DNA of 63,143 bases, filler included, from Sphacelaria rigidula (taxonomy: Eukaryota), in the NCBI GenBank assembly GCA_964200075.2. It is 7 parts of 7 records of this genome, joined end to end, with 100 filler letters (N's around TTAATTAATTAA, not from the genome) between each part and the next. Parts side by side here need not be neighbours in the genome. Positions count along the whole stretch, not along the records: positions 36,141 to 45,075 come from CAXNAA020009710.1; positions 45,176 to 54,109 come from CAXNAA020009711.1; 5 more parts are not named here. One strand, 5' to 3'. Position 1 is the stretch's first letter. Each line of letters starts with the position of its first letter. This document shows positions 37,240 through 49,138 of this stretch, in pieces. The notes below the pieces were generated by a model. The model was not told the origin of the DNA, searched no databases, and saw only the letters and a program-made list of their open reading frames with translations. A program made the translations under genes and the position numbers.

Positions 37240-40200
37240 CGGGCTCTCAAAATCCTGAACAGTGGATGATTAACGATTGCATAGCGTTCACCTCTTCAGC
37301 TGGAGTGTACCATCGACGGATCAATCCGGTCGACGTTGCCCTTGGTGCAACACTCATGATGGAAGGCCGATGGGCACTACGCAGCTACGTACCGAACGCC
37401 CGAGTCACGACCGAAGTACAACATTACCTGAAAGAGGAGACGATAGAGCCCTAGCAAGGTGGTGGCGAGGACTAGATATTTGTAGAACCCTGCCAGGAAT
37501 GCGATCGTTCTTTGTTCCGTGAGCTCCGAGGTCAACTGCGAAACACAAGAAGCGTGGACAGTTTGGTAAGTTCGAGTGAACTTGTTCGCTCAAGAGACAA
37601 TCCCGATCACGCGCGGCACGCCCAAAAGATACATGAACTGGTGCCCTCTCCGGTAATTTGCCGATTGGCGGAGAATTCAGCACCTGGTACGCAACACTCC
37701 CAACTGAAGATCCTTGTATCTCGAAGCGAACACAAGAAAACAGCACACACACATGGGAATTGTGAGTGTGAAGCGTGTCAGTGATGTACTTGGCGGCTGT
37801 GTGTCCTAGTCTGCGAATCAGCCAAACAGTGAGGTCGCCATAGTTACGGTGTGAGAGCTCAACCCAAAACAGGTGCCACCTACAACACCAACGGCGTGCG
37901 CGGGATAAGCGTTTGAAGTATTCATATTCCAGTGACTGCTGTGAATGGCAACCTAGCGGAATCGAGGAGTTGGACTTGGACACACGATGAAGGGGCGGCA
38001 GGTCCTGCGACTACTTATCCGCGGTGTGTGTGTGTAAAATACAGCATATCCCAGTCGCGTTACGAGGGAAAGAGTCTTACCTGCGCATCCATTGTTTGGA
38101 TGATGTCGACCTTAGTCTCCAAGGAGTCGGTCGTCAGCGTCGCGTGTTCTCCGATGCCAGCCCACATCTGCGTCAGCGCGCGGTGTAGCACCAACGGCCG
38201 GCCGTGACTACCACGCTAGCTCCGTGCTATCCATGCATCGAGTTTACACACTGCCACGCATCAGTCATATCAATGCGCGTCACAGAGACCCTGGTATACT
38301 GTGTGCGACTATCATCGCCAGCTTTCACTGCGGTGGCACAAGACAAACCGGCACAACGCTCAGCAGACACCACGAGGCCAACAAACTATTGTCGCAAGAG
38401 CGGCGTAGGAGAACGATACACGCTAACCAAGGCACAACTCACCATCCACGTGAGGATGTTGGCAATGATCAGCGTGTGAAATGTGCACCCGCAGCAGCAA
38501 CGATACTTGTAAGCTCCTGATGAAGACGGAGGGGGCGACCGAGGGGAGGGGGGCGTCTGCTCAGTTTGTTTTCTCACGTCGCTGAATGTGTCTCCAAACC
38601 CATCTCAAGGGGGTAACTGAGGCGAATGGATCTCAGCGGTGGCTTGCTTATCGACGCAATGAAGGCCGGTGATGTAGAATATCCCAAAGCGAGGAGGTAT
38701 AGGCGGCATCCCGGGTTGATATGTAAACGCCCCCTCCCCAAAACGCAGTCGCGTGGGTTACAATTAGCTCGGGGTCTCCACCTCGCACGGTGCTCGGGCG
38801 TGGTCGGTAGATCGCATATATCTCAACGATCGTCACAGGGTGGCTACTCAGTGTTTCATTCCGAATATACCTTTCGCGGAGTACGCGATGAAAACATTGC
38901 GGTTGCTCAGTCGCCGACACTTACTTTCCAATTTTGAACTCCTGTGCCGCCGACATTGGCGGCAGTCGCGCCAAATGGTGACGAACGTCAGAACCGTGAC
39001 GATCAAAATAGCGATCCATCTCAACCTGATCAAAACACGCGGCGGAGAAACGTACGCACGGAAGACGTGCACCAAAAGGAGCACACACGGAAGAGCCAGA
39101 CACAAACGTGAAGGGCACCACCTCTCAAGGGACATTTCATGCCTACTGCGAAAATAGATGGGTGGTGCTGCCCTCGTTCATTTTGCGCTTCCCTGTGCGC
39201 TCGTGCTATCTCATTGCAGCTCCGAAAGGAATGCCTGCCGGACAAGTGGGCCACTCAAGGCTCTGCTGGGTTGAGAACCCGTTTAAGCACCTACCCTGCA
39301 CCCCTGAGTACTTTGCTAGTGCCATCGGAGATCTGAGTCCGCACGAGTTGAGTACTCACCTATCTCTCTTACTGTCGAGGCTGGTCTGCAGGACGTACGA
39401 CGAAACGTGGTCCTGAAGAACTACTTCTCCGCCTGGCGTGGTGGACCCAATCGGTAGGTGGACAGGTTAGTTGCCGAAGCAGACGGCATACAATTCTTCG
39501 GATGAAGAATTGGTAGGTTCTAGAGTCCGCGGAACATGGCGTTTGAAGGGCTATGGGCGACGAGGAAGCTGTCAGTAGTTCATGCAACACTGATACGAGA
39601 CATCACGACCATACTCTTCGAGTTCAGCCATGCACCGTGCGATAAGAGAACGATGAAGTGTATACGAGAATTGGAGCACAGAAGCAGTCTTGCCCGGTGT
39701 TGGAACACAGGCCAGCAAGATCGGGTGGAAAACGAGCGAAATGTCGGGACAGATCAAACCTGAGAACGTGATGCCGTCGCCTGCCGAATGCACTTCAGTG
39801 ACAACCAGCGGCGCGCAAATAGAGCAACGCGAACACTACGAAGTACACGTTTCACGTGCGGAGCTTGATTCGAACGTGTTGCCAGCTTACGTACACGATA
39901 TACACGGGAGAGGAAAGCTCACCATCCGTGAATTTGAAGTCGATGAGGACGTGACCGAACGCCGTACGCTCGTGACCGTTATATGTCACCAGCTGAACCG
40001 AAACGGAGAGCGTGTTGTTTCCCAGAACTCCCAGATCTTCCAACAACAGCAGAGTGCAGTACCCGAAGTTTAGCTGGTACCGACGACAGAAGACGCCAAC
40101 GGAAAGGGGCAAGGGCGAATACAATAGCGACAGTTGATGTCCAATCGCGGGTACGAGTACGACGTCGTATGGCAGCACCATCGATACACGATACGGGAGG

Positions 40201-41100
40201 TCTCGAAAAACAAAAACGCATTCGCGATTCAAGTGATTCATACGCACTGTGCGGAAAAATCAAGCACATAGAACGTGCGCAGGACTTCGTTGACGTCACG
40301 TTCTGTACTTCTTTTACTTCGATGGGCTTTGGGTAGTCATGGACTTCTTGACTCAAGGGTCCTTACACCCGCGTGCAGAATATAGTTAGCTACCGGCCAT
40401 CGAACATCAAACTAATTCCACGCTGGGTTAACACGTGACACCACACAATCACCGCATCTGAGAGGCAAGGGTGTCACCCGTAAAGAATCCTTGAAATTGG
40501 GTAAGGAAACGATGCATAGGACGCCAACGGCGGCATGGCTATACACGCTGGTCACTTGCAGAGGTCATGATACGCATGTGAGCGCTGCTGCCGTAAAGCA
40601 CAGTTCACCAGAGGACTTTACAAGAACCAAGGGTGTGGGGGCGCCTAGAGAGCTCGGCAGTATGCACCACCATCGTGTTGTGTGTTGCCAGGATCGCAGC
40701 ATCAGTAGAAACGCGAACTTACATCACGTCGCGCTATTTTTGAGCATGGAAAGTGCGCCAATTGAGTGTAGGCTCTTACCCCGGTGTTGTAACCTCCAGT
40801 ATCGACAAGCAGAGTGTAGCCGTCCGCGACTGACGCGCAGAGCATTTCCCCCGTCGGGTAGGGGTCCACGATAAAGAAGACAACCATGAGCGGAGGGGGG
40901 GGTGAAACGAGTAGGAAGCGTCAGGCGATGGAAGCTCTGGATTGCAAAGTTGAGCTGCTTCCGTTTACACAGCATTATAGTGCCGGTACAACCTTAAACC
41001 AGTCGGAACGGAGTTGAGGGTTCAAATACCAGCAGTTTGGGTTTTTAGGAGGATGTGATTTCCGTCTTCAGAACCCTGAGGACGACAGCATTGGAGAAAA

Positions 41101-41372
41101 TCCAAGGTTGTCTTCTGTAGCGTACGGGAATGCTCGGTAGGGTATGAGATTTATTACAAAAGATACAAAACTGTCGTGTATTGGCATGAAAGTCTTACAG
41201 AACTTACATGAATGTCGGACACGGGTATGGGAGGCTTAGATAAGTAATGTGACTATCTGGTACGGGTGTGGGAAGCTTACAGAAGTCACAGCACTGTCGG
41301 GTACGGTTAATACCCGGGTAAATATCCCGGGTATAGAAAAACGCGTACCATACCAGACAACATAAGCTTGAA
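41101..41372. mobile_element. MITE-like element with degenerate TIRs and internal tandem units
   Basis: tccaaggttgtcttctgtagcgta ... taccagacaacataagcttgaa; same family as 41492-41834. Confidence 0.6.
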
Positions 41373-41491
41373 ATATTTCAAAGCCATGCTTCGATACATT
41401 GTAGTTCCTGTGCAAAGCTGGGTTTTGGGGTTGGTGTTGGTCTCCCTATCCCTCCTAGAATTCCCCTCAGGGCGGTTGAAGAGAAAAAGAG

Positions 41492-41834
41492 TCCGAGGCT
41501 GTGTTCTGTACGGTACGGGTATTCTCGATAGGGTATGAGATTTCGTACAGAGCATTCACAATTGTCGGGTACCGGTGTGGGATTCTTACAGAATTTACAG
41601 AACCTGTCGGGTACGGTGTGGAGGTTGCACAAAAACCCGTACCCGCAACCGGGTATTTCTACAAGGGTACACCCGTGCCCCGGGTAAGGGTAAATATTTC
41701 GCACACATCCCACAGGAGTATCAGGTGCCGGAATGGGAGACTTACAGAACTTCAAGATCTGGCGGGTTCGGGAAATACTCCGTAAAATACCCCGGGTATA
41801 CAAATGACTGTACCCTACAGAACACAACCTTGGA
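41492..41834. mobile_element. MITE-like element, TIR TCCAAGGTTGTGTTCTGTAGGGTA
   Basis: tccgaggctgtgttctgtacggta / taccctacagaacacaaccttgga. No TSD seen. Confidence 0.75.
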
Positions 41835-44784
41835 ACACTCGACGAACGTCGCCGCGGCAGGGGTGCTAATCCAAGCCGTGGTACGAAAAATTCAGGCATG
41901 TGGAGAGGTTGATCAATTTAGACCGCGGACTCGTCCCGAGAGAGGGGAGATGTGGGAGGTATGACGACGAAGAAGAACTGAAGAAGGATACTGCCTGGAC
42001 GTGAGTGACTGCAAGCCCGCGGTAAGACAGTGTCTTGAGAGGGATGTATATCTGCCGTAGCACCAACAAAGGCTGCCGGTTACGGAGCTTAATAACCGGA
42101 GCTTAACGACAACAGTAAACCCAACGTGGACAACGGAGAAACAAAGCGCACGAAAAAAAACCCGTTACCTTCATCATAAGCGATGGACGGAAAACCATAA
42201 ATATTCCGATCGTTCGAGTCTGTGTCGATGTCCGCCTTCTCCTGCTCGCTGGACAAGCACGCCTCATAGTATCCTCTCGAAGACCTGCATTTCGGCGCTC
42301 GCTTTCGCAGCTTAAACTTCAGCTGCAGCCGAGTGGCACCATGTCAATAGTGTCGCCCGTGTGCCCGGGGTCAACCCGAGATCATGAGGAGGAGAGCAGC
42401 GAGGGGGAGAGGTTGTAGCTGGTTTCGTAGCAAGCGAAGATTTCGCCTGCTTGAAATACCAACGGAAATCGACTTCGCAGTCATGGGGAAAGAGTTCAGA
42501 TGCTTAGTTGCGCCATATGAGTGCAGTCATTTCCTCTAGCAAACTCAGTCATCATCCTGTCCTGAAACATGTATCGAATAGGCGCGCCGAAGCGACCACG
42601 GGCATGGCCGGTGAGACTATACGCTACAGGACAGTATAGGACACAATAGGATGGAAACATCGAAGCACAGCACAGCACGGAGCACACCCGACAGACAGCG
42701 GGGAGCACAGCGATGCGCAGCACTCTAGCCATTTTGGTACATTTCTCACCAGCATTCCGCCCACGATTCTGTTCCTGTCGGCGACATACCCCCCTCCATC
42801 ATACGGCACCTAGAAATGCAGCGATACCGTACGACGGCGGGAACATCAGCCAATAAGGCGCGACGAAGGGACGTGATATCAACAGCATCCTGAACAGCAT
42901 CCTCTCCCACACTACCTTGAGCCACCGCTCGAGGCGCCTTCCTCGGAAAGCGCCGCGAGGTGGCCTAGCCGAGCCTTTGGGTAATCGGCACACGAGCTAA
43001 CTCGCTTGCGGGGTAAGTGTTGGGTTGGGCTTCCTCCTTCTGTCAAAGAAAAAAACAAAATCAACAGCATCCCACTGAGGGGAACAGAACAAACGTAGAC
43101 GTCGTTTTCAGGAAAAAAACGAAAAACGTGGCCGCCCAGCTACGTGGCCTCCCTGCGGTACCCTTACATGTGCGTATGACTCTCCGGTAGAGTTCGTTCC
43201 AAGAACACATCCTTCACACGATGCCAAGACAAGCCGGGGGCACGATTTCAGTACACCACGATTCTGAATGATCGTTGCACCTTGAGACCATATCTGATGC
43301 GCTCCCTGTTTTCCGTCCGTCCCACGGGATCGTAGAACTTGTCGTTCTTGCACTCGCTCACCTGGGGTATACAACAAAATGATCGCGAGATAATATTACC
43401 GTTGAAGGGTGTGTTGCACAGACCTCAAAGCATATATACATATATATATATATATATGCGTAACCTTCACATGCCTCTCATGTTACCACCGTCGCACATG
43501 TCAACATCAAAATACTAACGCTGGGTTCCTTTATGTTTCACAAAGACTTTTGCCTCATGACTGACCGACACGGTGCAGACAGCGGCTTCATTGTATCAAC
43601 TAGCTCGTGAATGAATGTCGGTACCGCTCCCGTCGAATACCGCAATTACAAGAATTTCCCCCCTGACACTGTGCAGTCTCGGGAGTTGATACTTTCGAAG
43701 GCCCCATACAATACGCCACCCCCCCTCCACAGGAACATAGAAGTTTTCGAACTGTGCTGCAAAGCAAACACATCTTCCGAGAGTTTGCTCACGTTTTGGA
43801 TGGCCACATGACCACTCGACGCCGAGACTCCCCCCTCCGGCTTGAAATCTACCTCTGCCAGCGCGGCCATGTCTATCAATTCGGACAACAAACTCCAACT
43901 GATGATGTTGTAGGAAAACCCCCAAGAAACCGTCGAGTTCCAAGCAGCTGACATCCATGGACCCCATTCATCATAGAGCGCCGTGAAGTTCGCGTCATGC
44001 AATGACCCACCCCCCAACGTGATGTTGCAAATCTCCGCCTCGATTGGCCCGCACGAATGCGACAGCTGTAGGAGTCATTCAAGAACGCAGATGTCGGTGG
44101 GAGGGGGCGATTGAAGGGGAGCGGCAAAAGTTGCAGGTTTTTAGGGCATCTTTGGCCCCGAGCCGAGTGCACAGTTTGTGACCCATCGGTACACCCCTGA
44201 TACAACGCTCACGCTGTGTTTGCACGTCGTTCACTCTGGCTGATGAAAAAACCATTACGCTTCTTGACAGCTCGGATTTTCGTGCCTAAAATCTTCGTTT
44301 TAATAATACCCCAAAAGCCCCACATTACCATGTTTGGTCAAATACTGCAAAGTACCGTCTGAGCGATTATGCAGAGGACTCTCCCGTATCTGTCATGTGC
44401 TATTGTGGTCGCCGGTATATTTGAGTGTCCCGTAGCGTGTGTACATGAGTAGTACCGCACGATGCCGTGTTGTGTACGACGTACAGGAGTACGTTTTCTG
44501 TTGTCGTAAATTGGCTGACACTCCTGTACTGTTAAATACACGCTATATACTGCCGTACTGCGGTCACGGTACAGTACAGTAGCATGCATACTACAGTAGA
44601 TTCTACTGTCACCATGTGAGAGAAAAAAATGAATGTTTCGCTACAAACGCATCCGAACAGGACACATTACATTTACTACAGTAAACAATAATTGTACGGT
44701 ATAGTACGATACAGTCTGTGCACTTCGAGGTACTATGGTAAACTATTCCACCTCGCTCCACAGGACAGAGCCCTTGAGGTTCAA

Positions 44785-44810
44785 AAGCCATGCTACGATA
44801 GGGGGGGGGT
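44785..44810 (+). mobile_element. Degenerate left TIR of the GAG-terminated family
   Basis: aagccatgctacgatag(g)n. Confidence 0.55.
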
Positions 44811-45007
44811 CAATTCCACGAAACATGTGCTCATAGATGCGTCAAACAACCTAAAACACTCGCGGTGTGCCTGTATTTGGGTAAACGCGGTGTAAAGCAG
44901 TATGAATGAGCGCTATTTATGTGGAGCAAGCGCGTTCGAACACCTGTTGGCTGCTCCCGACGACGATTAAAGTGTGTGGAATTTCATGAAAGAAAACGGC
45001 CCGAAAT

Positions 45008-45047
<40 letters not shown>

Positions 45048-45075
45048 GCCCCCCCCCCCCCGCTCCGGGCGCCCC

Positions 45076-45175
45076 NNNNNNNNNNNNNNNNNNNNNNNNN
45101 NNNNNNNNNNNNNNNNNNNTTAATTAATTAANNNNNNNNNNNNNNNNNNNNNNNNNNNNNNNNNNNNNNNNNNNN
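45076..45175. other. Artificial contig spacer
   Basis: N44-TTAATTAATTAA-N44. Confidence 0.98.
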
Positions 45176-45253
45176 GTGTGACCCCGGCTGATGCGCCCAC
45201 ATACCCCGAAAGGGGTAGACTGGCGCCCAGATTAAATGGGACGACAACACACA
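45176..45253 (+). mobile_element. 3' end of a tRNA-SINE copy, cut by the contig edge
   Basis: gtgtgaccccggctgatgcgcccacata...gggacgacaacacaca. Confidence 0.8.
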
Positions 45254-45254
45254 T

Positions 45255-47120
45255 CTTTTAGTTCCGCATTGATGTGCAACTACGAGTCAGCATAGAAACG
45301 CAAACGAGCAACATGGACCGAGTGCACGGCTTCAGACACAATGCTCTGCACCGAATACACATGAGCGCGATCGGCCCCAACAACTCGTCACGGACCTGTC
45401 CACGTAGACATCAACTTTGACGTCACACCTTGCCTCCGAACACGGGCATACAATACGAAATCGCCAACTGCAAACTTGGGCAACACAGCCTGGCCCTGAG
45501 CAAGCTTGCGTTTGGTTGCGCGAGACACCGCGACCGCAGCTTGCACTTCGTTACAAAACCGCACTTGCTCGTTAACCACGCCTCGAACCTTTTCACGCAA
45601 CGAATCAGCATCCATGACATCGACGTTCCACTTGCCGCCAGTGACAGAAGCCAGCGCAGAAAATGCTATACGCGGCGCACGCCCAAACATCACACAATAC
45701 GGAGTGTTGCAGTGGCGTTCACGAAAAGAAGTATTCAACGCCCACTGAGCGGCTGTCAAAACATCAACCCATTCAGACACCGGCTGTCGCTGTTCCGACA
45801 AAATAGACCGCAACGCACGAAAAACCTCTTTCACCATGCGTTCACAAGCACCCTTCGGCCAAGAGGTAAACGCAACAGCAAATTGGTGTTGTACCTTCAG
45901 CGCATCGCTCAGCTGCTCGATCACTCGATTCTTAAAGTGCGTGCCGGTATCACTAACCCACACACGCGGCACCCCAAAGTCTTGCACCAATGCAGCAAGT
46001 GCTTAGCCGTGACCTCGGCGGTGCAAGCCTCGGTCGGCTGCAAGCAAACAAAACTGGACAAATCATCCATAATAACCAAACGTACCGAAAACCACCCTCC
46101 TCAGGCAAACCATTACCACCTTCAGGTCCGCTACTTCCGACGTACATAAAATGAAAGTGAATAACTTCACCTGGCGCAGTGCCATGCACAATATCGCCAT
46201 ACGGACGAGGTACCATCGCACCAGCACGAGTGTCCACACAATATAAACACTGGCGAACGAACTTGCGAACGTGGGAATCCATGTGAGGCCACACGCAGTA
46301 TTCTTTCAAACAAAACAGAGTCGTCGGCACACCACGGTGACTAGCCGACTGCATGTGGGCGCACACCATCATGTGAGTTTGTAGAGCCCTATCATCCGAC
46401 GGAATCCACAAGACATCACTACTGCCAACACGCACGCGAAACAAACCATCGTCAGCCAAAGTAGCTCGACCGAAAGTCGTAGGAAAAGAATGAACACCTT
46501 CGCCAACTGTTTTGCGCTGCGCGGTACGAATGACATTTAATGAGGGTAGCGAATCATCGGCACCTCACGGGCTGTACGCGGCACCAGAACGAACAGACAC
46601 GGCAGGAACCTTTACCACGCAAGACAACGAATCTCCCCAAAACATGCGCTCTCCAGGAATGTGTTCACTGACATACCGATATTGTTGTTGGGCTCCCAGC
46701 ATCTCCCGCATGTCTTTTTGGCTTGGCATCACCTCCGGAGACTGTTCCACTTGCGCGTTCACCGCCTGATAGTCGCTGACCAAACGGACTATGTCCCTCT
46801 TCGGCACCGCCATCTCCGGACTCGCCCACAGAGCCTGAATGTTCCTAACCAGCAAACCAAATGCCACCGAAACTTCGATGCATGAGGCAAGCCACCCAGT
46901 CTTCATCGGATCGTACCGCCTGGGCTTGGCCTTCACCGCATTCGTCTGGCGCTTGAGCTGCACTCTCATGGGCTCTACGCGCGCTGGCGGATCACCACGC
47001 AGCACACGGCGAAATGTTTCTACGCGACGAACCAAAATATCGCGCAGACGATGTGCGCCATCGGCGCTCAGGTCCTTTTGCTCGGCCTGCGGCATACTAT
47101 CCTCAAGCGCACGTTCTGCG
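45255..47120 (-). mobile_element. Second, internally deleted Ty3/Gypsy copy of the same lineage as 9480-13861
   Basis: LRGDPPARVEPM..KPRRYDP..RLVSDY; integrase HMQSASHRG..CLYC, VWVSDTGTHF, GACERMV, STWTGP*RVV..HVARLRFY. Confidence 0.93.
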
Positions 47121-48535
47121 TGCTAAAGTGGCTCTCAGCTCTCAGCTGCAGCCTATTCTATCCTCAGCCAAACTTCTCTAATAGTGCCGGGAGAATAATT
47201 TCTGGATATTGTAGCCTCTGCCAGACGATCTGGACAAGAGGACTATCCACGAGGTACTCCTCCAGTAGTGCTGGCCTCGTGCTCGACGAGTCCTTCTTCT
47301 CACTTGTTATTATCACGGAATGAATGACCCTCAACAGACCAACCACATCAAGAGCTAGACAGCAAGGGGACACACAGACGAGGGTCATCAATCCAAGATC
47401 CCCTGTCCCCTGCCACTGCTCCAATCATGCATGCGATTATACTGAAACCTACGGCTTGGTATCATTTGGCTACAGACTCTGACAATGAAAAGTTTACTTC
47501 GATTTTTTTCTCACAGTGGAAAGTATACCGTTAACCGGCTGTACCCTTCCCACTCTGACACTAAACGGCGAAAAGGCATTCCCCGGGACTATTCAAGATC
47601 ACCTCACCTACAAAATATGTCGAGTAGGGACAAAAGGTTTGGAGCTCTTACAGAACCTTTCGGGTAGGGTATGCATATGTTGCACAGAAGCCCGTGCCCT
47701 TACCGAGGCTTTTTTCAAGGGAATAGCGTGCCCCGGATTTGGGTACGGGAGGCTTACATAACTTTCAGAACTGTCGGGAAAGGGAATGGGAGGCTAACAG
47801 AGCTCATTGAACTGTCGAGTAAGGGTAGTACATTCGAAAATACCCGGGTACATATGAAACAGGTATGTCACGGGACATGACTTCCCAAAGTTCTACGGCC
47901 ATAGTGCCCACCGATGTGTCCCAGCGTGTGGGCCAAATGGCATAATCCCAAAGCTTCACTTACTAGACACTACATCGGACACGTTTCACAACGCCCGTTG
48001 GGGGCAAAAAATCTCCCACGAGGCCGACTACAATATCGGTACTGACGTTGCTAACGGCATAAGCGCAGCTTACCTCTACTTGTAACACGGTGTCATGTGC
48101 TCATAATCATCCGGCAGCGCCTTTTTCTCCGTGGTTGTTCTTCTTCAGTCGGTTTAGAAATGGCGTACACTCATGAGCCCATTTCTCCCTTTTGATGTAC
48201 GCATACGCAAAAAACCAAGTCTTCTCGCAATCACTAAATAGAGCTACCTCAAACTCGAGATTCCTGGTATGTTTCCTGGCAATCACACTTCGAAATATCG
48301 GGAACCTCGAGTTTTACGATGCATGTAATACCAGCCAATTCTCGATTTCCTGGGTCTTTCATTGTCAGCAGGGAATGATACTGTCTGCTCCAATGTATCT
48401 CCGTTTCTTCCGCTCACAAAAAAAACATCTATCCCCATTCACGGCGCTCCCCCCACGCTGCGGCCAACAACCACCTTGGCTGAACCGTCGACGCCCACCC
48501 TATCTCGGTACTCCCCCCCGACTTGGTGGGCGCAG

Positions 48536-49106
48536 ATGGATCTATATGGATGGGAGATCTCACCACGGGTGAGGGCAAAGTCGTGGTGGAAGCTATTGGC
48601 AATGGCACCCTTGCCAACGGATTAGAACACGACAAGCGCTCCGGCTACCTGTACGTTGCTGGTGGAGATGAAGGTGAGAGGTTGCAGAGAAGAGACGGGG
48701 TCATGCGTCGCTACAGCTCGCCCCCGTGGCTGACGGTGCTCGCGTGTTCAAGTGTGCAGAGTCCGTTGGAAAAAATTGCTCGTGTTGTATGGTACCGTCC
48801 TCGAGACAGACCGACTACCGTCGCGCAGACAACGGTAGTATATGGCAGAGGGTGCACCGTGGGTGTTGGACCACCTGCTTCTGCAGCAGGCAGAAAGTAA
48901 AAAGACAGATGGTGTTTGGGGCTCTTCAGTTGGCCGAATAAAATCAAGTAGCCTCTTTTGAAAGCAGAGGGCTGAAGGGAAAGAAGGAGAGGGGATGCAT
49001 GGGCGGTGGAGGTGACCGACTCCAAGCAACTCAGTCCTGGAACAAAACGCGAGAGTCCCTACACGTGCGCAAGACTAGATCGTATCCTCAGTTCAACACT
49101 GATTGG

Positions 49107-49138
<32 letters not shown>

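Noticed and set aside
47121..47484. Solo LTR (TG...CA, with tggtatca nearby)
   Set aside because: No TSD, no second copy in the window, and the PBS-like word lies inside rather than adjacent.
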